64,000 nt of DNA, taken from positions 35,712,001 to 35,776,000 of the forward strand of contig JANJGN010000026.1 in the NCBI GenBank assembly GCA_026770705.1. The letters run 5' to 3'. The notes under the pieces were generated by a model, which was given only the letters and a program-made list of their open reading frames with translations, was not told the origin of the DNA and did not search any database. The position numbers were made by a program, and so were the translations under genes. This DNA is from Isurus oxyrinchus. Its lineage: Eukaryota. This document shows, piece by piece, positions 22,301 to 34,184 of this stretch (position 1 is the first letter of the stretch; each line of letters starts with the position of its first letter).

Positions 22301-25300
22301 AACTGCAAAAAGGAAGGGCACCAGACAAAAGATTGTAAACTGGCTAAGTGCTGCAACCTGTGTGGCGAGGCAAGTCACCTCTACAAGACCTGCCCCAAAC
22401 GTTGCCTTACTTATGCACAGGCAGCTAAAGCCAACAAGGGGGAAGCAGATGAAATGCCTCACGTCATTCCAACCACCAAGGCCCCCAGGGAGAACAACGG
22501 GACAAAGGAGGACACAGAGAGAGACAAGGTGGAGGAAAAGATTGGGGCAACAGACGGCCAACCAACAGCACTGCCCCCTGAACCTCCCACTCCTCAGGAG
22601 AGCGAATCAATGGAGGAGGAGGAGGCAGCAGTGGGAAAGCAGCAGGGGGAGTGGCAGCTGGTGAAGAGAGCCAAAAGGAAGAAGGGGCTAAAAAGAAACC
22701 AAGCCACTTCCCAGACAAGAGTCAAGAGGCGTCTCCTATCTGACACGGATGACAAGAGCAGCAGCTCTTCGGACGAAGAAGGGCCAGGGCGGCGCCAACA
22801 GAAGAAGCGGCAAAACGCTAGGGAGTTGGAGGATGAGACACCCGAGCTCCAGAACATTGGAGACAATGAAGAGACCAGCGCACCCCAACTTTGCCCACAA
22901 CCCGAAGAGGCCAGTGCACCACAACCCCAGGAATCTGGGAACAGTGAGGCGCTCAATGCACCCCAGCTCCGGGAAGCTGGGAGCAGCAACGCCCCAGAGG
23001 CGGAGAGGATTGGAGAAGCTTCTCCAACAGAGGACATTTCAAACCCCGCTCTCTGCATGGACCCCCAGATGCCACCCGAGCAGAACATCTCCAATGGAGA
23101 GGTTCAGGACGCTTTCCTCAGCCCATCCCAAGTGAAGCAATCTGAGCACACTACGGGCATGAAGGAGCAGACCAATGGTCTGGAACTCTCAAATACAACA
23201 GGTTTGGTAAGCGACTAACTGCTTTAAAATGGGTGTAAAGATTGTATCCATAAATGTGCGTAGCATTAAATCTACTACGCGATGTGTTGCGACCTTGGAT
23301 TACCTTGCTAAGGTCAAAGCTGACCTGTTGTTTCTGCAGGAGTGTGCGATACCGCACCTCAGCTCCTACAGGCAATGGTCACGATGGTGGTCACATGGGC
23401 CATCGATCTGGTCGGGAGGAAACGACTCTCGTTCCTCCGGCCTGGGGATTCTGCTGCGGGGAGACAGCTTCACCGTCTCCCAGGTTAAGGAGGTGGTGGG
23501 CAGGTGCCTCCTCGTAGCAGACGTAATGTATAAGAATGCTCCACTCTGGTTAATTACAGCCATCACAAGGGGCTGAGCGGCTGGAGGTTTTTCAGCAGCT
23601 CCCACTGCTGCTGGCGACCTCCAGGCTGGTCATTCTAGGCAGTGACTTCAACTGCATCATCGATGTGGCTGGACGATCCAGCAGGGCTGACAGCAGATTG
23701 GATGCGACATCCAGATGCCTGATGGAAACAGTAAAGGATGCCAAGCTGCACAACGTCTTCAGCAACCCTGCAGACAGAGCGCAGCATATATACACCTGGT
23801 CGCAGCCTGACAGGTCCATCTGTTCCAGGATAGATTTCCTCTTTGGGTCCCGTGCATTCACAGTCAGATCCACCGACGTCAAGCCGGTGTTCTTCTCTAA
23901 CCACTGCCTCCTACTGGCTGACTGTTACTTAGAGAAGGACCAGAGGGTTGGCAGGGGGTCATGGAAGCTAAACGTGGAACTGCTGACCCCAGAGAACATT
24001 GAGGAGCTCAAGAGGGATTACAAAGGTTGGAGAACCGTGAAACCTCTCTTTGAATCCCTGACACACTGGTGGGAAGCGATCAAGGGAAACATCAAGAGGT
24101 TTTTCGTCCTCAAAGGCACCCAGAAAGCTAGAAAGGAACAGAGGGAAATGTCCCGACTCCAGAAAAACATGCAGAACCTGCTCTGGCTGCAGTCGATGCG
24201 GGTCGATGTCAAGGAGGAACTCCAAGAGGTGAAGAGCCAGCAAGCCTCACTCTTTGCCTCGGAGGCCTCCAAGATCATCTTCCATTCCAGAGTCTGCTCC
24301 GTGGAGCAGGATGAGACGTGCTCACGTTTCTTCTTCCAAAAGGTACACAGAGAGATCTCTGTGCTCAGCAGCCTGAAGGAAGAAGATGGCTCAGTAAAGT
24401 CATCACAGTCTGACATTTTGAGGATCAGCAAATCCTTCTATGCTGGATTATATGACGTGAAGCCCACAGACAGCACGGCCTCCCAGACTTTCCTGTCCTC
24501 TGTCACGGAGGTCTTAGACGACAGTACACGGGAGAGTCTGGACAAAGTGCTAACTCCTGACGAACTGACTGAGGCCCTTGAGTCCTTCGAGAAGAGTAAA
24601 ACTCCCGGAAGCGACGGCTTGCCAGCGGAGTTGTATTCGGCTCTGTGGGACTGGATCAGCCCAGACCTGCTAGAAGTGTACGAGAGTATGCTCCTGGCCG
24701 GAAGTATGTCAGAATCCATGAGGAAAGGCATTATCACCCTCATCTACAAGCACAAGGGGGAAAGGGAGGAAATTAGAAATTGGTGACCCATTTCACTGTT
24801 GAATGTGGACTATAAAATTCTGTCCAAGTTCATCGCCAATCGGGTCAAATCCGCTCTGGAATTGGTGATCCACCCTGACCAGACCTGCACTGTGCCGGGC
24901 AGGAAGATCTCTGACAGCCTCACGCTGCTCAGGGCTACAATTGCCTACGTACAGGACAGGGGTGTGGATACCTGCCTCATCAGCCTGGATCAGGAGAAGA
25001 CCTTTGACAGAATATCGCACACCTACATGGTGGATGTGCTCTCCAAAATGGGGTTTGGGGAGGGAATTCGCAATTGGATCATACTGCTCTACACTAACAT
25101 CAGTAGTGCAGTCTCAATCAATGGGTGGGAATCAGATAGCTTTCCTATTAAATCTGGAGTCAGGCAGGGCTGCCCTCTCTCACCTGTTCTTTTCGTGTGT
25201 TGCATAGAACCCTTTGCTGAGTCCATCAGGAAGGATCCGGGCATAAGCAGTGTGACGATCTCAGGCAGTGGAGGCACTCAGGTCAAAGCCTCCCTGTACA

Positions 25301-28300
25301 TGGATGATGTCACCGTATTCTGCTTGGATCTGCTGTCAGTGCGCAGACTGATCCACATATGTGACCATTTCGAACTGGCCTCGGGAGCCAAGTTAAATCG
25401 TGGGAAGAGCGAGGCCATGTTCTTTGGGAAATGGGCTAACCGATCCTTTGTCTCCTTCACTGTCAGGGCTGATGGCCTGAAGGTGCTGGGGATATGTTTC
25501 GGAGGGGCCAGGGCACGCGTTAGAAACTGGAAGGAGCGAGTGTCTATGGTGAAAAGGAAACTGGGCCTGTGGGAGCGACGCTCCCTCTCCATTGCGGGTA
25601 AGAACCTGGTCATCAGGTGTGAGGCACTCTCGCTGTTGCTGTACGTGGTGCAGGTCTGGCCCATTCCATACTCCTGTGTGGTGGCGATCACCCGAGCCAT
25701 CTTCCACTTTATCTGGAGGTCGAAAATGGATCGTGTCCACAGGGACACGATGTACAAGCCTCTAGATAAAGGGGGAAAAACGTGCCCAACATCGCCCTCA
25801 TACTGATGGCCACCTTTGTGTGTGGCTGCATCAAGCGGTGCATAGACCCTCAGTACGCTAACACCAAGTGTCACTACATGCTGAGGTTCTACCTGTCCCC
25901 AGTGTTGTGAAGGAGGGGTCTGGCCACGCTGCCGTGGAATGCTCCAAGTAGTTGGACCATGCCGTACCACCTGTCCCTCGTGGGAAAATTTATGCAGGGA
26001 AACACCTTCGACCACAAGTCCAATAGGCAGTGGTCGGCACGTAACGTCTTAAAGGCCCTGAGGGAAAAGGAGAGGGTGGATCCTGTGGGATGGTTCCCTG
26101 AGCAGACTGACAAAGTCATTTGGCAGAATGCCTCATCACCAGAACTTTCCAACAAACACCAAGATGTAGCTTGGCTGGTGGTGAGAAAGGCCCTCCTGTA
26201 AGATCCTTCCTACACGCCAGGTGTCTCACCCCCTCTGCACGTTGCCCTCGAGGTGGCTGTGTTGGGGAAGGGACCATTGTTCACCTCCTCATAGATTGTG
26301 TCTTTGCGAAGAAGGTCTGGAGAGAGATGCAATGGTTTCTGTCGAGGTTCATCCCGAACAGTTCTGTGACAGAGGACTCTGTGCTCTACGGGCTGTTCCC
26401 AGGGACACACCGAGACAAACATCAACTGCAGCTGGAGGATCATCAACTCGGTGAAAGACGCTCTTTGGTCTGCCCGAAATTTGTTGGTTTTCCAGCGCAA
26501 AGAGTTGTCCCCGACCGAGTATTGCAGACTGGCACATTCCAAGGTCCAGGACTACGTGCTGAGGGACACAGTTAAGCTTGGGGCAGCCGCCGCAAAGGCG
26601 CAATGGGGAAGGGTCGCTGCCTAAGACCTTTCTGCCACAGTGCACTGGGGGGCTGGGAACTGTAAAGAGCCCCTCAGGCTGTACAGATTAAAATGAATGT
26701 CTGCCAATGATTGAAATATTCATTGTTTGCTCTGATACACCTTGTGATTCATGTTGTAAAAGTTGAACTTGATTGTTTTTTTGTAATGGTGATTTTAAAT
26801 GGTTCGAAATGTTTTTGAAGATTTATGAATAAAGTATATTTTTGAAAAAAAAATGGCAATTCGTGTTGGACAATAAATGCTGTTGCTCCAATGTCGCCTA
26901 AATCGAGTGAATGAATGAATAAAAAGGGCCTGGGTGTAGGAGGGGCTAGAGGGCTAACCCTACATCCAGAAAGTTGGAAGGTAAGTCGAAACTGCTGTTA
27001 ACTTGAGAATCAGGCGTTCTGCTGAGCTGTGCGCCACTGGAACAGACCTGAGAAGCTACCTGAGCATATATGAACAATGGGCAAGTTCCATGTTTCTGTC
27101 ATTATGTGTGGCTCTAAATGAGCATGATAAGGTTTTAGTGATAGGCAATATGTACCAATAGGCTGCAAAATTTGCATTCCGCTCAGTGCGAGATGAAACG
27201 TGGCGAATGGGAAATTCACATAGAACCAAACGTTCCCGATATTAGGGAGGCATAAAATCGATGACCTGCATTGAGATATCCATTTGATGCTCTGGGGGTT
27301 GCCAGACTGATATAAATGAGAAAGATTCTTCAGTTCGATCCGGGCCAAAAACGGTTGATGCCCCATGGGAATCAAAGGATATCGGGGGCAGGTGGGAATG
27401 TGGCATTGAGGCCGTAATGAGATCAACCGTGATCTTACTGAATGGTGAAGAAAGCTAGATGGGCCGAATGGCCTGTCTCTGCTCCTGATTCGTTTGTTTG
27501 TATGTCCCTGAAACATTCGCCCAAGGCTACTGAATTAATAGTTTAGTGCATAGCCACTATAGTAATCTTCTATTCATTGCGGTTACAGGGCACAGATCGG
27601 CACGCTCTATACTTCAGCCGCTCAAATGTCAGAATTCACCTGGGAGTGAAGACAAATGTTAGGAATAAAATTCGTTTTTCCTGTAGCTCAGACTGAGAGA
27701 GGTTCCAAACAAAATTCAAACCATGCCGGATGTTTTCTTCAATCATTGTGCACTGTCCCAAAAAAGAATTTCAGCGCCAATATTTGGTTTGACTCTCTTG
27801 GGGTATTGAATTGCCTTTTGGCCAATGGGGGTGAAGAGTGGGAAAAGAACTACGGACATGATTCTGGTTACATCTGGGGGTCCAGACTAACGGTTTAATT
27901 ATTTTAAACAAGAGTTGCTCTGGGCCTCGAACTGTAGCTCCTCCTCTTCACTGGTGTCACAGGGCCTGAAAATTATCCCTTCCATTTTGAGGCCCTCTAG
28001 AGGCAAGTGATACTCATGAAAATCGCCTCATCTTTATTTTATTAATCCAAATTATATCACCTTGGACATCAGCAATAATCCAACTTGTTGATTTAATTAA
28101 TGTCATTAGAATGTTAAAGTATGTCATGCATCCACACTTACAGGTAGCATCGCTACCGGGATCTGAGGTACATGATCCAAACCAGGGGGCTGCTCATCAT
28201 TGAGTACCAAAAAATTACTGAAAGTTATCTAGTTTACATATCCAGATGGACGATGTGTGATGACCTGGGAGATGATCATTGTCATGCTATATATACATGG

Positions 28301-30413
28301 TCATTTGCTCTTACAGCTGCAGATTTGCATATGGCACCATGTGTGCTCCATTCTCGCTGCGGTATGATTGATGTCTTTCGGGAAGCTCAGACAGATTTGT
28401 GTACAAGAACACCAGAGATAGAAGCAGCAGAAGACCATGCAACACGCCGAGCCAGCTCCTCCTTTAAATGAAATCATGGCTGATCCTGGGCTTCTATCCG
28501 CTTTCCGCCGGGTCCACATATCATTTGATTCCCTGAGACGTCAGAAATCTGTCTATCCAAGTCTAAAATCTTCTCAACAATGAAATATCCACAGACCTCT
28601 GGGTATAGAATTCCAGAAATGCACTAACTTTCTGCTGCTCTCCATCCGAAATGATCGCTCTCTTATCCCGAAGCTGTTCCCGGAGGCTTTAGATTTTCCA
28701 GCCAGCGGGAAAACCCTCTGCATGTCTATCCCGTCAAGCCCCTTGAGAATAGTACTTGTGATTACCTCCCATTCTTCTAAATCCCTGTAAATATAAGACG
28801 AAGTTATTTCGCCTTTCATCGTCGGGCAATAAACATGACACTTCAGCAGAATGCGAACTGTGGAAACGTGGACATATCGCCTTCAAACTAGCAGTGTTTC
28901 AGACATAAGTCATTTGGTTCTTCTCCAATTGCATACACCCAACACATCCTGCTTCCTAAATATCCTCCCGTGGAATCCTATCGAGCCAATTTAAACGATG
29001 TCACAGTGTACATTTCAACAACAGAAAGATAATTAATATGGCTACTGTGTTTAGAGGAAATGCCCTGTAACATGATGCAACATCCAAAGGTTGAGTGCCA
29101 AATACTACAAGTAACCTCGAGGCCTTCAGCTGTCATGTCCTAAGCTCTCTTAAATTCACTCCCTAAAACATTCCGCCTCTCTACTGCACTCTCTTCCTTA
29201 AATCGTCCCTTAAACCTATTTCATTCTCATCCTTTTTCGTCATTTGGCAAAACTTCTCCTTATGTGGTTGGATATCAAATTTTGCTGTATCACTCTCCTA
29301 TCATGCGATTGGGCCACTTTTTTACGTAAAAGGCGTGATATAAATGCAGCGTATCCGTGTTGTTTATGTTGAAACAGAGATGACATTGAAAAGCTATTAA
29401 TCATTGATTTGGTTGTCTTCTATAAACGAGGATGAAGTATCAAAAGCCTGTAACATTCAAGTCCCTGCTTGAACTTTACAATGTTAATTTTGTTTTTTCT
29501 CTCAGTTAACATGGTGACGATTGAGATCCTATCCCGAGGAAGGTGTGGCCTCTCCAAATGCATCGCTCGGTACCTGGTGTCCATGGCAGTGACGGATCTC
29601 CTAGTTGTTGTGAGCGCTGTGATATTCAATCGGATCATTGGCATTTATTTTCCCGTTAGTTTTATGTCCATGACTCCAGCCTGTACTCTCAGTACTGTGC
29701 TAATCTACGCAGCCACGGAGAGTTCTGTCTGGTTCACCATCGCTTTCACCTTTGATCGATACATTGCCATTTGCTTCCAAAAGCTGAAAACAAATTATTG
29801 CACCGAGAGAGTGGCGGCTGTGGTTGTAGGAACTGTCTGTCTGTTAAGCTGTTTAAAAAGTGTTCCCTGGTACTTTATGTATGAACCACTCTATATAATG
29901 AACAATGTACCGTGGTTTTGTAATGTAAAATCAAGCTTCTACACTTCATTCGCATGGACAGCCTATGATTGGTTTGCACGTATTTTAAATCCGGGTCTGC
30001 CATTCCTTCTGATTCTTTTGTTCAATGTTCTGACCGTCAGGCACATCATCGTGGCCAGTGGAGCCCGCAGGAGACTCCGAGCTCACAGCAGTGGAGAGAA
30101 GCAGAGTGATCCAGAGATCGAGAACCGGAGAAAGTCAATCGTTTTACTCTTTACCATCTCGGCAAGCTTCATTTTGTTGTGGATGACGTATGTTGTAAAT
30201 TTCCTATATGTGAAAATTACAAACGAACCTTATTTTACAGGTTCCAATTTCAATGATCCCAAATTCATTCGTCAAGAAAGCGGAAACATGCTTCAACTCC
30301 TGAGCTGCTGCACCAACACGTGTATTTATGCAGTGACCCAGAGAAAATTCAGAGAGGAGCTGAAAAATGCAGCAAAATATCTTGTGAATCTAATTCTGAA
30401 GTTAGTAAACTAG
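19355..30413 (+). CDS. Class A GPCR, GPR139/GPR142-like, 325 aa; exon 1 19355-19424, exon 2 29506-30413
   Basis: Exon 1 MHGRISGVVYAIYYPILAAIGVP + G/GTAAGT; acceptor ctcAG 29504-29505 gives in-frame V-N-M. 7TM pattern: MAVTDLL (TM2), FTFDRYIAIC (TM3), PFLLILLFN (TM5), FILLW (TM6), NTCIY (TM7). Confidence 0.9.
19472..19855. mobile_element. Penelope-like element remnant with terminal direct repeat and 12-bp TSD
   Basis: TSD cactgttttatg (19460-19471) / cactgttgtatg (19856-19867); ggatttccagcatccgca terminus at both ends. Confidence 0.7.
21278..21602 (+). mobile_element. Shark SINE (SacSINE1/DeuSINE-like), split by the Tx1 insertion; remainder at 26855-26925
   Basis: ggttcactaa..ttcagggaagga core and ggcaatt..atggrcaataaatgctg tail, also seen at ~48760-49110, 49560-49812 and 51030-51320. 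Confidence 0.6.
21654..21678 (+). ncRNA. U1 snRNA 5'-end-derived fragment in the Tx1 5' UTR (not a full snRNA gene)
   Basis: ATACTTACCTGGCAAGGGAGAGACC vs U1 ATACTTACCTGGCAGGGGAGATACC, 23/25 identical, starting at U1 nt 1. Confidence 0.85.
21708..23218 (+). pseudogene. Tx1 ORF1 (ZCCHC3-like gag with CCHC zinc knuckles, acidic/basic tail)
   Basis: MAITSQTPYYGVPNTI*VMVK..YCLQDFPSAGFFDVTF; knuckles YKNCKKEGHQTKDC and CNLCGEASHLYKTC; TGA at 21756-21758 and frameshift near 22230. Confidence 0.85.
23229..26624 (+). pseudogene. Tx1 ORF2 (APE endonuclease - RT - C-terminal CCHC), several stops/frameshifts
   Basis: SINVRSI, FLQE, SRIDF, PGSDGLPAELY, SGVRQGCPLSP, YMDD, CPRGGC..HLLIDC; TGA at 24784-24786 and other breaks. 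Confidence 0.92.
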
Positions 30414-30959
30414 GAAAGTCACATGTTTGAGTTTGGGATACTCGTCAAAATGTGTATTTTTATCTCTACGTTTTTCTCCCTGACATGTGGGGTGAAATTG
30501 ATCTTGCACAGCAGTGTAAAACGGCTCTAAACAACCTGCCACCAGTTTGTATCCTGCTTCACTGACGTGTCAAGTGAAGAAAAACGGGCTGGATGAAAAA
30601 TCCGCAGCCGGTTCGTGATCGCCAGGCTTGTGTAATCAGTCCCTCTAATCCTGTCCCGCCCTCCTTTAGAGGTTTCTCCTGAAGAACATCAGAAATGGGA
30701 GTAGGGAGGGCTATGCAATTCACTTCTCATGCTCCGAAACTCTGAGACTAGAGCCCATTCTATTCAATCTTCACCCTGTCTCTCTGGCACAAGGCAGCTC
30801 TGTCCCACTTCCTTCCTCCGGTTACCGAAGGGTACTGTAAAGTGATCTGATGGATTTGCAGATCTGTAAAGTTCACAAATGAACTCCGGAAAGTGCAATA
30901 CATTACTTGGTGGTGCACATTTACATGGGCCATTAAAGTATTTCAAACGAATGTGCTAA

Positions 30960-32040
30960 CAGCTGTAAGGAATCATTTACACACCAATGTTAAGCCTTCG
31001 AGAAGGAAATTTACCATCGGCAGATATGTCTTTTTGTGACTATTCCAAGTTCTCTTTACGGGCGCATATTTGCCCTGTACTCCCGCTATTCCCTCCTTGG
31101 ACGTCTCCCATTCTTCTGACACAGTTTTCCCTACTCGTAGCTGCTTCCAGTCCACTTGGGCGAAATCGTATTTCATCTTTGTAAAATTAGCCTTTCTCCA
31201 GTTTAGAACTTTTATTCCCGGCTCAACCTTATACTTTTCCCCATATATCCTAAATTGAATTGAGCTGCGGTCAGTATCCCCAAAATGTTCCCCTTCAGAT
31301 AAGCTTTCCGCTTGCCCGGGCTTATTTCCGAACATTAGGTCGAGAACTGCCCCCTTTCCTTGTTAGGTTTTTACATACTGGCCAAAAAATATTCTCCTGG
31401 ATGCAACTTAAGAATTTTGCTCCCTCCCTAACATGCACACCAAACTCTCCCAGTTAAAATTTGGGTCGTTAAAATCCCCCAGTTTTGCTGCCTTATTATT
31501 CTTACACCGCTCTGAAATTTGATTAAACATCTGATCCTCTATCGCTCCCTAACTATTTGGGGGCCTATGGTACACACCCAACAGCACGTTTGCCCCTTTT
31601 GTGTTTTTTTAATTCTATCCAGATGGCCTCATTTGATGCTCCTTCCAGGATATTATCCCTCCTCACTGCTATAATTGATTTCTTGAATAATACTGCGACC
31701 CGGCATCCTCTTCTAACCCCCTCTTGATCTCGTATGAGCACCCTATAACCAGGAATGTTGAGCTGCCGATCCTGCTCTTCTTTTAGCCAATTCTCGGTCA
31801 TAACTATGATGTCACACTCCCACGTACCTATCTGTGCCCTGAGCTCGTCTGTCTTATTCCTCAGCCTCCCTGCATTAAAATATATTCCATTTAGCCTTGC
31901 TAAACTCTCTTCTATCTTATCTAGTCTATGATTTCTCTGCCTTCCAGCCTCACTTACTAGCGTTTTAACTTCTAATTCCATCTCAGCTTCTCTCCCCGTT
32001 GAACTACGTTTCAGGATCCCCACACCCTGCCAATTTAGTT
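30960..32040 (-). mobile_element. CR1 fragment (ORF2 N-terminus / endonuclease)
   Basis: YFNAGRLRNKTDEL..DIIVMTENWLKE..LNIPGY; LNWRKANF. Confidence 0.85.
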
Positions 32041-32339
32041 TAAATCCAATTCAGTTTAAATCCATTCATGCTACATTGAGAGTCACGGAGCCATTCCTGA
32101 AAGATCACAGCAAAACACAACACTCAACAAGAAAAGGTCAGGAACACTTGCGGAATTATATTAGATGATTTAAATTCACATTTATAATATAACCGACCTT
32201 CATAAGTTTATTTACTTCAATTTACATAATGTATTTTACTGCAGTTTCTGTGCCTGACTGTAATATTGAGCAACCCTTCTGCAACTCCCCTGTCAGTGTC
32301 CTGCAGCCTTTGGCCGCGGCCTGTTCATGGAGTATATTT

Positions 32340-32930
32340 AGAACCATAGAACCATAGAAAAGTGACAGCACAGAAGGAGGCCATTCGGCCCATCTTGTCC
32401 ATGTCAGCCCGAGGACACCCAGGTGCCCTTTCTAATCCCACCATCCTGCGTCCGTGCCATAGCCCTGCAGAAAAGAGTGTAGAGTTTCTGCCTGTACCAC
32501 CATCTTGGGCAGTGAATTCCAGACACCCACTACCCTCTGCGTAAAAAAGTTCTTCTCATGTCCCCCCTACATCTTCTGCCACTTATGTTGAATCTATGTC
32601 CCCTGGTGCCAGAAGTTTCCACAAAGGGAAACAATTTTATTCTGTCTACTCTATCTATTCCCCTCATAATTTTGTACACTTCAATCAAGTCACCTCTCAG
32701 CCTTCTTTGTTCTAAGGAAAGCAACTCCAACCTCTCCTCATAGCTACACTTTTCTAACCCTGGCAACATTCTTGTAAACCTCCCCTGCACTCTCTCCAGA
32801 GCTATTGCATCCTTCTTGTAATGCGATGACCAAAACTGCACACAATGCTCCAGCTGTGGCCTCACCAGTGTTTTATACAATTCCAACATTATATCCTTAC
32901 TTTTATATTCTATAACTCTGCCAATGATGG
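32340..32930 (-). mobile_element. CR1 3' end
   Basis: LYKTLVRPQLEHCVQFWS..SLEQRRLRGDLIEVYKIM; agaaccatagaaccatagaa tail. Confidence 0.9.
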
Positions 32931-33073
32931 TATGCCCAATTCCAGCTGGGCATCAAATACTGGTCTTGCCAGTGACACCCACATCACATGAACAAATTAG
33001 AAAAAGGAAAGAAACTGGAATTGTCTGTTCTGAATTTCTATCCCTTACTGACTTCAGTAAACTCCTTTTACAG

Positions 33074-34068
33074 GATACTTGAACAGGAAGATTTGCTGAC
33101 AGGAAACTCAAAGAAAACATCACGTCACAATCTGACAGATTCACTCAATACATCTGGAGCTGGATATCATTGAATCTTTAATATAGAAGGAGAAATGTTT
33201 TACCAATTGCACAGCCTGAAAAAGCATTGCACCATTCACATCGAGGACAAATTGTGTGGATGAGGTTTGAACTAACCACCCAACATGGATAGCCACGAGG
33301 ACACCAGCACCATGGTGAAACCATGGAAATGTGGGGACTGTGGGAAGGGATTTGGTTCCCCATCAAAGCTGGAAATTCACCAACGCAGCCACAATGGGGA
33401 GAGGCCATTCACCTGCTCCGTGTGTGGGAAGGGATTCACTCATTCATCCAACCTTCTGAGACACGAGCACATTCACACTGAGCAGAGTTCAGTCATCTGC
33501 TCCGTGTGTGGGAAGGCAATCATTCATTCATCAAACTTTCTGAGGCACCAGCAAACTCACAGTTTAGAGAGGCCGTTCACCTGCTCTGTGTGTGGGAAGG
33601 GATTCACTCAGTCATCCTACCTGCTGACACACCAGCGCATTCACACAAGGGAGAGTCCATTCATCTGTTGCTTGTGTGGAGAGGGATTTAACCGATTATC
33701 CAGGCTTCTGACGCATCAGAGAATTCACACTGGGGAAAGTCCATACACCTGCTTTATCTTTGGGAAGGGATTTAATCGGCCATCCAAACTATTGACACAC
33801 CAGCGAATTCACACTGGGGAGAGGCCATTCACCTGCTCCATGTGCAGGAAGGGATATACCAATTCATCATACAATTCATCATACAATTCATCACACTGGC
33901 GAGAGGCCATTCACATGTTCCATGTGTGGAAAAGGATTCATTCGGTCATCCCACATTCTGACACATCAACTTGTTCATACTGATCAGAGACCTTTTAAAT
34001 GTTCTGACTGTGAGAAGACCTTTAAAAGTGAAAAGGATCTGATTACACACCAGCGAGTTCATAAGTGA
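33074..34068 (+). pseudogene. C2H2 zinc-finger gene 1, probably pseudogene (ORF 33285-33983, frameshifted before last two fingers)
   Basis: Repeated [16 protein letters not shown]; 12-nt triplication aattcatcatac at ~33861-33895 shifts frame; native end ..HQRVHK* at 34068; acceptor tttacAG at 33072-33073. Confidence 0.8.
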
Positions 34069-34184
34069 CTATGGGGATTGAAATCTGGTTACTGTTGCTG
34101 TTAATCCTGTTCAGGATTGAATTCTTTCATTTTGACAGCTGGAGTTTGTTTCTGCTGAAATATAATTGTGGAAAGATGGGTGGC

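Larger units (their letters stand above)
21603..26853 (+). mobile_element. Full-length Tx1-clade (L1 group) non-LTR retrotransposon, inactivated
   Basis: 17-bp TSD ggcaattcgtgatggac (21586-21602) / ggcaattcgtgttggac (26855-26871); AATAAA at 26828 + poly(A); two ORFs separated by 10 nt. Confidence 0.93.

Noticed and set aside
22464-26645. Long antisense/alternate-frame ORFs over the Tx1 element
   Set aside because: Shadow ORFs of a GC-rich coding sequence; no independent motifs.
29469-29505. ORF-track N-terminus MNFTMLILFFLS of the GPCR
   Set aside because: This is the polypyrimidine tract/acceptor of the intron; the real start is exon 1 at 19355.
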